64,000 bases of DNA from an uncultured Woeseia sp. (lineage in GTDB: Bacteria > Pseudomonadota > Gammaproteobacteria > Steroidobacterales > Woeseiaceae). Made by a program: the position numbers and the translations under genes. The stretch's first letter is position 1. Each line of letters starts with the position of its first letter. This document shows, piece by piece, positions 18,094-28,377 of this stretch. The DNA lies in the NCBI GenBank assembly GCA_913031125.1, contig CAJWFK010000005.1:15671-79670 (forward strand). The letters run 5' to 3'. The notes under the pieces were generated by a model. It did no database searches. It saw nothing but the letters and a program-made list of their open reading frames with translations, and had not been told where the DNA came from.

Positions 18094-18666
18094 ATGGCAG
18101 CAACTGAATCCCAAATGCTTGAATTAGGAACCAGTGCCCCGGAATTTGTATTGCCGGACCCGGACGGCGTAATGCATTCACTTGGTGAGAGTGGACTAGC
18201 CTACCTTGTGATGTTCATCTGCAATCACTGTCCATTCGTCGTCCATGTCCGCCAAGAACTGACAAGGTTAGGACATGACTATGCCCCACAGGGAGTAACC
18301 ATCGTAGCTATCAACAGCAATGACGTCATCACTCATCCGGCAGACAGACCGGAAAAAATGAAAGAGGAAGCTATATCAAACGACTATGTATTTCCGTATC
18401 TCTTTGATGAAAATCAATCGGTCGCAAAAGCTTTTAGGGCAGCTTGTACGCCGGATTTCTTTTTATTCGACGCTCAAAAAAAACTCGTCTACCGTGGTCA
18501 GTTAGATAGCAGCCGACCCGCTAATAATGAACCGGTAACTGGCTCCGATATTAGAATGGCACTCGATGCTGTCCTGAACAATAAGAAAGTGCAGGTCGAT
18601 CAAAAGCCCAGTATTGGCTGCAATATAAAATGGAGAGCGGATAACGAGCCAAATTATTTTCGGTAA
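18094..18666 (+). CDS. Thioredoxin-fold thiol-disulfide oxidoreductase (AhpC/TSA-like)
   Basis: 190 aa. CNHCPFV redox motif in a thioredoxin-like context (…LVMFICNHCPFVVH…). Confidence 0.7.
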   Translation: MAATESQMLELGTSAPEFVLPDPDGVMHSLGESGLAYLVMFICNHCPFVVHVRQELTRLGHDYAPQGVTIVAINSNDVITHPADRPEKMKEEAISNDYVFPYLFDENQSVAKAFRAACTPDFFLFDAQKKLVYRGQLDSSRPANNEPVTGSDIRMALDAVLNNKKVQVDQKPSIGCNIKWRADNEPNYFR

Positions 18667-19479
18667 TCATCTTAAAAGTTGCCTTAAATCATCAGCTGAA
18701 GCTATTTTTCTTCGCGCTTCCAGACCTATTTCTGCCGCATTCGCCACCAGCGCGGCATTATCCTTCGCGATGGACCCATCAGGCATCGTCAAATTATTTT
18801 CAAAACCAACGCGGGCATGCCCCCCGCTGCCGGAAGCCATTGTGACTGCTTCGTGCTCCGTTACACCAAAACAGCAGACCGCCCAAATAGTCTCAGCAGA
18901 TGCAGCTTCGATGAACCTTGTCAGTTCGCTGACATCACCTGTAAGGTCGCTGGTGTATCGGCCAAGCACGAATAGCACAAAAGGCTTGCTCTCGCAGATA
19001 ACGTCCCTGGTTCGCAATCGCTCAAATCTTTGGACATCTTCGGGTGAATACAATATGTGTTGGGCCATAACATTCTCTCTGCTTAACCACCTGTAAAATT
19101 TCGCCGCCTCAGCCTCTGCAGCAGCGTCCGGACAAATCTCCCGAACAGCAACAGAAATTGCCTCCGGCTTTAAATCCCGAACCATCGCCATTTGTTCATA
19201 TCGAGAGTAGATGCCACATGCTTCCGTCGTCACCTGGACAATGAGCTTCTCCCCAACCCGATCTTTGATTGCACCTGAAACACGACGGTACTCGTCTGTG
19301 TCGAGAGAGTGCCGGCCCCGGGGATCTCTTACATGCACATGAATCAAAGAAGCACCCATATCCACAATAGATTCTGCACAATCAGCTAAGTCATCAGCCC
19401 CGATCGGTAATTCAGGGTGATCATCCTTCATTTTCCGTGCGCCGTTCGGTGCACACATTAATATAAAGTCATCGCTCAT
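18667..19479 (-). CDS. BKACE-family beta-keto acid cleavage enzyme (3-keto-5-aminohexanoate cleavage-like, DUF849)
   Basis: 270 aa. CAPNGARK, IHVHVRD, GGHARVGFENN motifs of the TIM-barrel Zn enzyme family. Start overlaps the upstream aminotransferase stop by 4 nt. Confidence 0.75.
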   Translation of the reverse strand: MSDDFILMCAPNGARKMKDDHPELPIGADDLADCAESIVDMGASLIHVHVRDPRGRHSLDTDEYRRVSGAIKDRVGEKLIVQVTTEACGIYSRYEQMAMVRDLKPEAISVAVREICPDAAAEAEAAKFYRWLSRENVMAQHILYSPEDVQRFERLRTRDVICESKPFVLFVLGRYTSDLTGDVSELTRFIEAASAETIWAVCCFGVTEHEAVTMASGSGGHARVGFENNLTMPDGSIAKDNAALVANAAEIGLEARRKIASADDLRQLLR

Positions 19480-20735
19480 AGGCCGAATACACGGGAAAAT
19501 ATACTTGTGAGCTTCTCCGCCAACTGTTCGAAGTGGTGATCTTCTGCGATGAATGGCGGCGCCAACAATATATGCGCTCCCGTCCGACCATCAACATCTC
19601 CGCCACCCGGGTAACAAATCAGCCGATGCTCCATCGCTGCTTTTTTTAGTTTGGCTGGGACCCCCTTCTCTGGCGGAAAAGGTCTTTTCTTTTCCCGGTC
19701 CATAACAAACTCAAGTCCGAAAAATAGCCCCCGTCCCCGAATATCACCAATGTTCGGATGTTCCCCGAAATGCCCACTTAAAATAGCATGCAGACGTTCG
19801 CCTTTGTCATTCACAGAATCAAGTAATTGATCATCCAGGCATTTCTGAATGGCAACGCCGGCGGCACAGGCAATTGCATGACCGATATATGTATGACCAT
19901 GGGCTAAACCGCTCTCGTGCTCACAAATGGTTTTATAGATTTCATTTCGCGCAATGACCGCCCCGATCGGTTGGTAGCCGCCTCCTAGACCTTTGGCAAC
20001 CGTTACTAAATCAGGAATAACATTTTCCTGATCATGGGTATAAAACGTTCCACAGCGACCGGAGCCGCACATAACTTCATCAGCAATAAAGAGAACTTTA
20101 TGCTTATCACAAATTCTTCTTATTTCTTCAAAATAACCTGCGACGGGTGGCACAACACCTAAAGTAGCGCCGATAACCGGCTCAGCAATAAAGGCAGCAA
20201 CATTATCTGCACCAACCTGTCCAATTGCTTTTTCTAGCTCCTTGGCAACCCTGTGTCCATATTGGTGTTCACTCTCATCAATAGATTGATGGCGATAGGA
20301 ATAACATGGGGCAATGCGGGGCCAGTCCAAAAGCACATTTTCATAAGGCGCACGCCTGAACATATTGCCACTGATAGAGGTGGCTCCGAGGGTCCCTCCA
20401 TGGTAACTGCATTCGCGGCTGATGATGATTGTTTTGTCAGGCTTCCCTTTAGCTCTCCAGTAAAGCCAGGCAATTTTCAAAGCGGACTCATTTGACTCCG
20501 ATCCACCTGAAGTGAACCAAACTTTTGCATCTTTCTCCGTAAACCTTGCCGCCAAGCGTTCTGCCAGATCTTCCTGCGGTTCATTCGTAAAAAAGGCTGT
20601 GTGCGCAAAGGACAGATGTTCCGCCTGTTTCTGAATAGCTTCAACAACTTCCGGATGACCGTGACCAAGGCATGACACAGCCGCACCGCCGCTCATATCA
20701 AGATACTCGCGACCCGAAGTATCGTACACATACAT
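19476..20735 (-). CDS. Class-III PLP aminotransferase (omega/beta-amino-acid type)
   Basis: 419 aa from the first ATG. SGGAAVSCLGHGHP, SGGSESNE, ADEVMCGSGRCG, TVAKGLGGGYQP. Family-like sequence continues upstream of the ATG without a canonical start (see findings). Confidence 0.85.
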   Translation of the reverse strand: MYVYDTSGREYLDMSGGAAVSCLGHGHPEVVEAIQKQAEHLSFAHTAFFTNEPQEDLAERLAARFTEKDAKVWFTSGGSESNESALKIAWLYWRAKGKPDKTIIISRECSYHGGTLGATSISGNMFRRAPYENVLLDWPRIAPCYSYRHQSIDESEHQYGHRVAKELEKAIGQVGADNVAAFIAEPVIGATLGVVPPVAGYFEEIRRICDKHKVLFIADEVMCGSGRCGTFYTHDQENVIPDLVTVAKGLGGGYQPIGAVIARNEIYKTICEHESGLAHGHTYIGHAIACAAGVAIQKCLDDQLLDSVNDKGERLHAILSGHFGEHPNIGDIRGRGLFFGLEFVMDREKKRPFPPEKGVPAKLKKAAMEHRLICYPGGGDVDGRTGAHILLAPPFIAEDHHFEQLAEKLTSIFSRVFGL

Positions 20736-20832
20736 ACCTTTGCCGCGGCCGGCAACCGGATAAATTGAATCAGGGTCTCTATAGAATACGGATGATATGA
20801 CAGGAACCTGCGTCTAAAATTAACCTACATAA

Positions 20833-21912
20833 TTATTGCTCTTGATGATCCTCGGGCAAGCGTTGTGACAATGCATATTCAGCATCACTCTCTGAACCAA
20901 TCAATATCGCAATCCAGCGGGTGCGCTCATTGTGCTCTAACGCCATTTTCAAGGCCATGGTCAATGGTACTGAAAGTAGCATCCCGACTGGCCCTAAAAT
21001 CCATCCCCAGATCACAAGCCCGGTAAAAACAATTAGCGGAGAAATTCCAACCCCATAACCTAGCAATCGCGGTTCTAAAAAACTGCCAAAGAGTATGTTG
21101 ATACCAAAATAAGCAAGCCCGGTCGTCACCGCCTCACCAACCCCAAGCTGAACAAGTGCCATCAATATTGCGGGTACTGAAGCAATGATGGAACCAATTG
21201 TTGGTACGTAATTCAGGAGGAATGCAATCATTCCCCACAACAGCGGAAAATCCAGACCGATCCACCATGTAATCAATCCCACCAAGAGACCGGTTACCAT
21301 GCTGATGACCGTTTTGATACCGAGGTATCTACCAAGGTTGTCCAAAAATTTCCTGCTACGGCGAAAAGACGCAGCAGTCCGGCCAAATGCAGCCTCGGCT
21401 TTCACGCTCATACTTGAGGCTTCTAACAAGATAAAAATAATCGTAAATAAAATCAGGAACGTATTTGTCAGCGCGCCCTGTAGGGCATTGAGGATTGTAG
21501 CTACCAACCCCATCAGGAAACCGGGGTCAACAAGTTCGGCAATATTTAGCGAGCCGTTTTGTTCCCCTGATAGTCTGAAAATCACAGTACCAATGCCTTC
21601 GACAATCGCTTCTAGACGCGCCTGGTAAGCAGGTAACCCAGCGGTAAATTCAGCAACGGACGTTCCTACAACGCCACTGACCAGACCAATGATTAACATC
21701 ATGGTTGTTACGATTACTAATGCTGCCAATACGGCCGGGACTTTCTTGGATTGGAGCCACAACATCGGACGCACGCTAATAAGCGCCAGGAACAGTGCAA
21801 GTAAGAAGGGTACTAGCAACACTTTGGCTGCTTGCATCCCGAAGATAATGATTATCAGTCCCGCAATACTGACCAGTGCATTACTCTTATCCGTTATGGA
21901 CTTTTCCGTCAT
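20833..21912 (-). CDS. AI-2E family transporter (PerM/UPF0118)
   Basis: 359 aa, 7-8 TM segments. LNYVPTIGSIIA and PLTMA segments are typical of the family as I recall it. Confidence 0.65.
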   Translation of the reverse strand: MTEKSITDKSNALVSIAGLIIIIFGMQAAKVLLVPFLLALFLALISVRPMLWLQSKKVPAVLAALVIVTTMMLIIGLVSGVVGTSVAEFTAGLPAYQARLEAIVEGIGTVIFRLSGEQNGSLNIAELVDPGFLMGLVATILNALQGALTNTFLILFTIIFILLEASSMSVKAEAAFGRTAASFRRSRKFLDNLGRYLGIKTVISMVTGLLVGLITWWIGLDFPLLWGMIAFLLNYVPTIGSIIASVPAILMALVQLGVGEAVTTGLAYFGINILFGSFLEPRLLGYGVGISPLIVFTGLVIWGWILGPVGMLLSVPLTMALKMALEHNERTRWIAILIGSESDAEYALSQRLPEDHQEQ

Positions 21913-21914
21913 GG

Positions 21915-23393
21915 TTATACGATCTCCGTTGCCGGCTCAACCCTATCTATACTTATACTATCGTCTTTAACAATCGTGAAGCCGGTAAAACCATATATCA
22001 TAGAAATGATTGGGTTAATCAAGTTGAAGAAAGCGAACGGTAGGTAGGCGAAAGTTGCAACTCCGAGAGTTGCAGCCATATAAGCACCACAGGTACTCCA
22101 TGGCACAAGTGGGGAACTCAAAGTGCCTGAGTCCTCGATCACGCGTGACAGGTTTTTGGGATGCAACCCACGTTTTCTGAATTCAGCCCGATACATCTTT
22201 CCAGGTAACACTATGGACATGTACTGGTCTGCAGCCACAATATTGACTCCAATACAACTCAAAATGACAGTCATAATCAAGGAACCCGTAGACTTCGCTC
22301 GCTTGAGCGCAGAATCAATCAAACGTTTCAGCATCCCCGTATGTTCTAGGACAGCACCGAATGCCAATGCCGTCACAATCAGCCATATTGTGACGAGCAT
22401 GCTCTCCATTCCGCCACGTGTTAGCAAATCGTCTACAGCTGTAACGCCCGTGGTAGAAACGTATCCGGTGGATAAGGCAAGCCAGACCCCTTTGGCCATG
22501 GCCAAACCGGTGCCAAGCTCCGGCGAGTCTGCAAACTTATAGACCGCCTCAGGTTGCAGCATAACTGCGAACCCACCACCAAGAAGCGCACCAAAAAGAA
22601 TAGTTGGTAGCGGTGGAATTTTTTTGTATGCCAGGTAAAACACAACCACTAAAGGCAGCAAAGCGGCCATCGAAATATTGAAGTTTGCGTCAAGTGTGGT
22701 AACCAATTCATCCAGCGACGACGCATCTGCCGCTCCTTGTGCATCAAATCCGATAATTGCAAATAACACGAGTGCAATAACAAAAGAAGGCCCGGTTGTA
22801 TACGTCATGTGCCGGATGTGGGTAAAGACATCTGTATCTACCACCGCGGGTGCAAGGTTAGTTGTATCTGATAGTGGTGACATTTTATCGCCAAAATAAC
22901 ACCCTGATATAATCGCTCCAGCCGCTATAGCCGGGTTTAAGCCTAAGCCTATTGAGACAACAATCAGCGCAACGCCGAGCGTGCCAGCAACAGTCCATGA
23001 ACTACCAATCGCAAGCGCAGTAATCGCGCTAATCAGACAACTGGCAGCAAAAAACCACTTGGGACTGAGGAGCTCAAGACCATAATAAATTAACGACGGG
23101 ACTGTGCCCGACATAAGCCAGGTACCGATCAGTGCACCGACTGTTAGGAGAATCAGGATCGCTCCCATAGCCGTACTAATCCCATCGACCATCGCACGCT
23201 GCAATTCAGTCCATCGATATCCAAGTCGAATACCAATAATTGCAGCAATCGCGGCCCCAAGAGTCAGTACGATCTGGTTAGGACCGGAGGATGAAGAGTC
23301 ACCAAACAACTTGACGGAAAAAAATAGCATCACTATCAGCGCTATCACCGGAACAAGGGCCTGCCCGACGGTTGGGGATTTTCGTGTTGTCAT
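21915..23393 (-). CDS. Na+/H+ antiporter, NhaC family
   Basis: 492 aa polytopic membrane protein. GCYFGDKMSPLSDTTNLA and SPLVPWSTCGAYM blocks are characteristic of NhaC-type transporters. Confidence 0.7.
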   Translation of the reverse strand: MTTRKSPTVGQALVPVIALIVMLFFSVKLFGDSSSSGPNQIVLTLGAAIAAIIGIRLGYRWTELQRAMVDGISTAMGAILILLTVGALIGTWLMSGTVPSLIYYGLELLSPKWFFAASCLISAITALAIGSSWTVAGTLGVALIVVSIGLGLNPAIAAGAIISGCYFGDKMSPLSDTTNLAPAVVDTDVFTHIRHMTYTTGPSFVIALVLFAIIGFDAQGAADASSLDELVTTLDANFNISMAALLPLVVVFYLAYKKIPPLPTILFGALLGGGFAVMLQPEAVYKFADSPELGTGLAMAKGVWLALSTGYVSTTGVTAVDDLLTRGGMESMLVTIWLIVTALAFGAVLEHTGMLKRLIDSALKRAKSTGSLIMTVILSCIGVNIVAADQYMSIVLPGKMYRAEFRKRGLHPKNLSRVIEDSGTLSSPLVPWSTCGAYMAATLGVATFAYLPFAFFNLINPIISMIYGFTGFTIVKDDSISIDRVEPATEIV

Positions 23394-23564
23394 ATCGAAT
23401 CCATTCTAATCACCTTCGCCATGATAACCGTTTCACAAGCCCAGTGTTGTAGTGTGCGGTTATAGGGAGAACGAGTATGCGTAGCTCAGTTAAGTTGCCA
23501 ATATAGGAGCTAACCATAAGATAGGCCGCTAGAATAGATAAAAATGAAAAGAGGACTGTGAATC

Positions 23565-24938
23565 ATGCGAAATTATCTATTGTTTTTTTCAATATTACTC
23601 ACCGGTCATGCTACCACCGCGCAGGAAAACCTGCGTCCTACTGTACCAATTGCGATCGTCGGAGGAATGTTACTTGATGGGTACGAAACAGAACCTATTC
23701 ATCATTCCGTCGTGGTCTTTGAAAACGGTCGTATCACGCAAGTTGGACAAAAACACACTACCGAGATTCCAGCCAATGCTGTAGTCCTTGACGCAGGTGG
23801 TCGAACGGTTATGCCTGGATTGATCGACACACACATGCATATTGATCTTATAGGTCACGGCTCCTATGAACGCTACTACGAGTTTATGAATGGTATGGAA
23901 CGTATAGGTGATTTCATGCCGATTGCTGCCAAGCAAATGATGCGCGCCGGTGTAACAAGTGGGCTTGACCTGGGTGCACCATTCCAGGCTTTCGAATTCA
24001 GGGATCGTATTCGTCGCGGTGAAATTCCCGGGCCACGCCTTACTTTGTCAGGCCCATGGATCACAAGACTAGACTACGATACGGTCCCTGACGAATATGA
24101 AATTATAATCTCGTCGCCGCGTGAAGCTGCTCAGCGCACTCGGGAATTAATTAGCCGTGGCTCAGAAGTTATCAAAGTATGGGTCGGTTTAACTGCGGAT
24201 GACTATCGTGCGGTTGTGCGGGAGGCCCATAAAGCAGGCATCAAAGTGCATGCACATGTTTATCAGCCCGAAACAATTAGAATGGCTATCGACGCAGGTG
24301 TCGATGTGTTGCAGCATGTAGGATCCGCGCGAAACCCACCATATGCTGAGGAACTCGTTTCAGAAATAGCACACAAAAACATACCGATCGTGCAAACTAT
24401 TTCCCACAGAATTTGGGTATATCCGGCAACCGTAGCATTTCCAGAACGCTTGTATGATCCGGACTATCGGGATGACATGCCGCCCGACATCTATGAAGAG
24501 TTTCTGTCTTCATTTGAGAATTACCACCGTCTTTCCTATTACCACGATATCGGCCAGGAAACTCGAAATGCCAGAAGATCTGCCGGGCAGTTCATCGCAG
24601 CAGGAGCCTACATGGGGGTAGGTACAGATGCAGCCTCACCATTAAATATGCACGACGAAGCCATATGGCGTGAAATGTCTGCATTGGTCGAAGTAGGAAT
24701 GACACCTCTGCAGGTCATCTCAGCTGCGACAAAAACGAACGCTGAGATTCTTGGCAAGTTTGATGAACTCGGCTCAATCGAGCCCGGGAAGTTAGCAGAC
24801 ATCATCATCGTCGACGGCAACCCTCTCAGGAATATAGAAGTACTCGACTATGTTGATATCGTTATCAAGGATGGCGGGGTGTGGTATTCCGAACGAGCCG
24901 CTTTTGGGCCAGTAACAGAAATTGGCCATGCTTTTTAA
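23565..24938 (+). CDS. Exported amidohydrolase-superfamily metallo-hydrolase (COG1228-like; dipeptidase/carboxypeptidase type)
   Basis: 457 aa. Signal peptide (…TGHATTA/QEN). PGLIDTHMH metal motif, later HAH and GTDA blocks. Confidence 0.75.
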   Translation: MRNYLLFFSILLTGHATTAQENLRPTVPIAIVGGMLLDGYETEPIHHSVVVFENGRITQVGQKHTTEIPANAVVLDAGGRTVMPGLIDTHMHIDLIGHGSYERYYEFMNGMERIGDFMPIAAKQMMRAGVTSGLDLGAPFQAFEFRDRIRRGEIPGPRLTLSGPWITRLDYDTVPDEYEIIISSPREAAQRTRELISRGSEVIKVWVGLTADDYRAVVREAHKAGIKVHAHVYQPETIRMAIDAGVDVLQHVGSARNPPYAEELVSEIAHKNIPIVQTISHRIWVYPATVAFPERLYDPDYRDDMPPDIYEEFLSSFENYHRLSYYHDIGQETRNARRSAGQFIAAGAYMGVGTDAASPLNMHDEAIWREMSALVEVGMTPLQVISAATKTNAEILGKFDELGSIEPGKLADIIIVDGNPLRNIEVLDYVDIVIKDGGVWYSERAAFGPVTEIGHAF

Positions 24939-24964
24939 AAATACTTTAGTTGACTGATATACAT

Positions 24965-24996
24965 AAAAAAACCGGGGCAGAAGCCCCGGTTTTTTT
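24965..24996. terminator. Bidirectional Rho-independent terminator
   Basis: AAAAAAA-CCGGGGC-AGAA-GCCCCGG-TTTTTTT. 7-bp GC stem (24972-24978 / 24983-24989), 4-nt loop, flanked by A- and T-tracts. Sits between convergent genes. Confidence 0.9.
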
Positions 24997-25017
24997 GTTC
25001 TTTAGACAATCCTGTAA

Positions 25018-28000
25018 TTAATTGCCTGATGACCAGTTAAGGCCCATGAAGTAGAACGTTCCACGCGGACTATGCGGGAAAGCATTCTCAGTAATCCAAG
25101 GCATCTCACCGGTTACATTCTTAATACCGCCGTAGATCATCAGATTGTCATTAACCACGTAGCTGGCATTCAGGTCATGTTGCAATACAGCATCCCTGAA
25201 TACAGACCTACCGTAGAGGGTCTCAGCTGTTTCGACCTCGATACCGCCATACAGCATTTCACCGATGTACTGCGTCTGCCAACCAACACGGAGATCACCG
25301 TAGTACCAGTTCAGGAATACGTTACCTGCAACTTCCGGTCGATTAATTTCAACCAACTCCGGATTAGCCTCGTCAGGTAGCAGCGGGTTCTCGTAGTTGT
25401 TGATCTGGTCAACCGAGGTTCCCATGACTGTGACATCGAAGCCATGTGCACCGAGTTCAAACGCCCATTTGATTGCCACGTCGACACCATCTGTCTCAAC
25501 CTTGGCAAAGTTCAATGTCGTTTGTCTCAAGAAATTGAAGCCACCGAACTGTGCTGAAAGCGGATCGCTGTTTCGTCCGGTCAACGCACAGAAAGGCTCA
25601 TTCAAAGCTGCACCCTGGTAGCACCCATCAACAATGTTCTGGGATGAAACCGCGGAAATTGCCCCTTCAATCGAGATATCCCAGTAATCCACTGAAAGAC
25701 TCAGACCTTCAATAGCTTCTGGCTGGATAACAAGACCGACTGTAGAAGTTTCAGCAACCTCTTCCAACAGATCCGGGTTACCACCTGTCAGACCACCAAA
25801 TGACGCCGATAGTGGATCAACAAAAGCATAAGAACCTGTACCCAATGTTGGATCTAATCCTATCGTCGCAAAGACTGATTCACAGTTAGCTTGTGTTTGC
25901 GCCGCCAACTGCGGATTATCTTCGGCAATAGCATTAATCTGGTTAACGTCACACGGATCATCAGGACGGAAGTTCAGGCCGACCGTCGGACCATAAAGCT
26001 CTGTGATATTCGGTGCACGAACTGCCTCTGAGAAAGTACCGCGAAACGCCATTGAGTTAATAGGCGCCCAAATTACATTGGCTTTCCAAGTGGTTGTTTG
26101 TCCAATCGTCGAATAGTTCGAACTCCGAGCGGCCAGATCTAACGTCAGTTCGCGTGCTAATGGGACGTCAACTAGTAACGGAATAGACGCCTCTAGATAA
26201 ACATCCGTCACATCGTATTGACCGTACTCATTTTTCGTTGATAACTGAGGTCGGAACATCAGTGAACTGTTGCCAGTGTGATCTGATAGCATCGTACCTG
26301 CTGGGAATGCTGATCCGTTCGGTATAACGCCGCGCTCCCATGGATCGAACTGGGCATCAGAAGACTCATCTCGATATTCAAATCCGGCAGCAAACGAAAT
26401 AGGACCTGCTGGAAGTTCGAAGTAATCCGAGCTGTCTCCCGTCACAAAGCCTGCCAATACCAGCTGGTCTATGGTGAGCGCAGACCAACGGCCTCGAGTC
26501 GCGAAATTCGCGCCGTCTCGGGTTTGGTTAATACCTTCGCGACCTGCCCAGATGTTAAGGGGTTGGCACTGTCCATCCCCCGGGATGAAGCTGAAGTAAC
26601 CCGCTTCATATGAGGGAATTTCAAACGGCGTGTTCATCGCCGGTGCTGTCGGGTCTACCGAGGAACGACATGCCGCCTCTCCAGTAGCAGGATCAATAAC
26701 CGCATCGATAGCTGCGAAGAAGCGGTCAATAATGAGATGGTTCGTATCATTACCATTTTCCTGATACCTGCCATAGTTGGCGCTCAGTTCATAAGCCCAG
26801 CCGTTATTCAACTCTCCTTCCAAACCAATCACTGCGCGGGCTGTCTCCCGGACAGTTTCATTCACGGAATCAAAACCGACTGGATCGTAGGTTGTGGAAC
26901 AACCACCAGCAGCAATACAAACGTCTTTTAGTTCGTCTGGTAAGTATGGATTATCCGGTGCACCATAAAGCAGATCCCAGAACGAGTTGGAGCCAAGCTC
27001 CCGATCCGTTTCAGATCTTACATACTTCATCTCAGCGAAAAGCGACATGCTATCTGTTAGATCATAATTCCCCATGACATTGACTGTGACTTTGTCGTCA
27101 GGCAGCAGGAAGGACATCCAGTCCTCACGGTATACGTCGTAAGACGTACCGCCGAAGCCTGCGAAGTTTCCTGAAACTAGCCCGTCCTCGATAACGGATA
27201 AGCCTCCGTCCGGCCCGACCACCCAGCAACCGCCGACGGCACCGAATGAGGCAGCCCCAAATGTGGAGTTATAACCGTGAAATGTCTCCTGGCAATCCGG
27301 CGTGCCGTTACCGTTAACATCGATAGCCACGTCTGGATCCCAGCCACCCCAGTTAAACGCGTTACCCGCGCCGATATAGCCGTAGCCAGACGTGAATGGG
27401 AATGTATGTTCCGGATGAACTGCACGCTCAGGCGCGGTCGCCCCCTGCACGATAAGCGCCATCTCAGCGCTACTCAGATCACTTTGGGTAATAGAGGTTC
27501 CGAATGCGGAGTTGTAGTCCGCAACGAAATCCGCCGCAGAAGGAATAGGCAGCCCATAATGGATAAGGCCAGTGTTGTTGTAATTATAATATTCTGCAAA
27601 TAACGGGGTACCTGCTCCAATATCACCTTGCTGGAATCGAAGTGCCGGATTAACCCAGTCGCCACCCGTGCCAATCTGGGCTCCGGGACGGTCTCCCATC
27701 GTGAGTCCCTCGTCGGTACGGTAATCCACAGAAATCGCAATATTCCCGCGATCATTTGCAAAGTTTGTACCCCAGGTAGCCGTTATAGCTGTTTGTGCGG
27801 CATCACCATGATCCGACACGCCATAGCTGGCATCTACCTCGAAGCCTTCGAAGTTATCTTTCATGATGAAGTTGACAACACCGGTTACGGCGTCCGCTCC
27901 GTAGATAGCGGAGGCACCGCCGGTCAGCACTTCTACACGCTCAACTAGGCGAGATGGTATGGACCCAATATCAACTGCCGAAGATCCTTGTACCCCGCCG

Positions 28001-28377
28001 ACATGCCGCCGACCGTCCACAAGCACCAATGTTCGGCTAGCACCAAGGCCACGCAGACTAAGTACGTTTGCCCCATCAGCAAAACCTGAATCGATTGACG
28101 ACTCCGAACTGGTTGAAGACAGCAGTGCCGGGACGTCATTAACTACGTCTGTAATGGAAAACTCACCTGACATCTGAATTTCTTGTGAATCAACCGATTG
28201 AACTGGCAATGCACCTGTCAGGTTTGCGTCACGAGCGATTCGTGACCCGGTGACAGTAATTTCTTCCAGTTGTTCTTCTTGTGCCAGGACGACCCCGGAG
28301 CCAAGACTTAATATCAGTGCCCCAAGACTTCCTAAAACTGATCTCTGAACTATGCTGCAAAACGCAGGTTTCATCAT
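25018..28377 (-). CDS. TonB-dependent outer-membrane receptor (large, about 1,120 aa)
   Basis: Signal peptide, then a TonB-box-like EEITVTGSRI. Plug motifs (LRGLGASRTLVLVDGRR, VEVLTGGASAIYGADAV) and a long barrel. Start set at ATG 28377, preceded by AGGGGA; the ORF extends to 28446. Confidence 0.9.
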   Translation of the reverse strand: MMKPAFCSIVQRSVLGSLGALILSLGSGVVLAQEEQLEEITVTGSRIARDANLTGALPVQSVDSQEIQMSGEFSITDVVNDVPALLSSTSSESSIDSGFADGANVLSLRGLGASRTLVLVDGRRHVGGVQGSSAVDIGSIPSRLVERVEVLTGGASAIYGADAVTGVVNFIMKDNFEGFEVDASYGVSDHGDAAQTAITATWGTNFANDRGNIAISVDYRTDEGLTMGDRPGAQIGTGGDWVNPALRFQQGDIGAGTPLFAEYYNYNNTGLIHYGLPIPSAADFVADYNSAFGTSITQSDLSSAEMALIVQGATAPERAVHPEHTFPFTSGYGYIGAGNAFNWGGWDPDVAIDVNGNGTPDCQETFHGYNSTFGAASFGAVGGCWVVGPDGGLSVIEDGLVSGNFAGFGGTSYDVYREDWMSFLLPDDKVTVNVMGNYDLTDSMSLFAEMKYVRSETDRELGSNSFWDLLYGAPDNPYLPDELKDVCIAAGGCSTTYDPVGFDSVNETVRETARAVIGLEGELNNGWAYELSANYGRYQENGNDTNHLIIDRFFAAIDAVIDPATGEAACRSSVDPTAPAMNTPFEIPSYEAGYFSFIPGDGQCQPLNIWAGREGINQTRDGANFATRGRWSALTIDQLVLAGFVTGDSSDYFELPAGPISFAAGFEYRDESSDAQFDPWERGVIPNGSAFPAGTMLSDHTGNSSLMFRPQLSTKNEYGQYDVTDVYLEASIPLLVDVPLARELTLDLAARSSNYSTIGQTTTWKANVIWAPINSMAFRGTFSEAVRAPNITELYGPTVGLNFRPDDPCDVNQINAIAEDNPQLAAQTQANCESVFATIGLDPTLGTGSYAFVDPLSASFGGLTGGNPDLLEEVAETSTVGLVIQPEAIEGLSLSVDYWDISIEGAISAVSSQNIVDGCYQGAALNEPFCALTGRNSDPLSAQFGGFNFLRQTTLNFAKVETDGVDVAIKWAFELGAHGFDVTVMGTSVDQINNYENPLLPDEANPELVEINRPEVAGNVFLNWYYGDLRVGWQTQYIGEMLYGGIEVETAETLYGRSVFRDAVLQHDLNASYVVNDNLMIYGGIKNVTGEMPWITENAFPHSPRGTFYFMGLNWSSGN

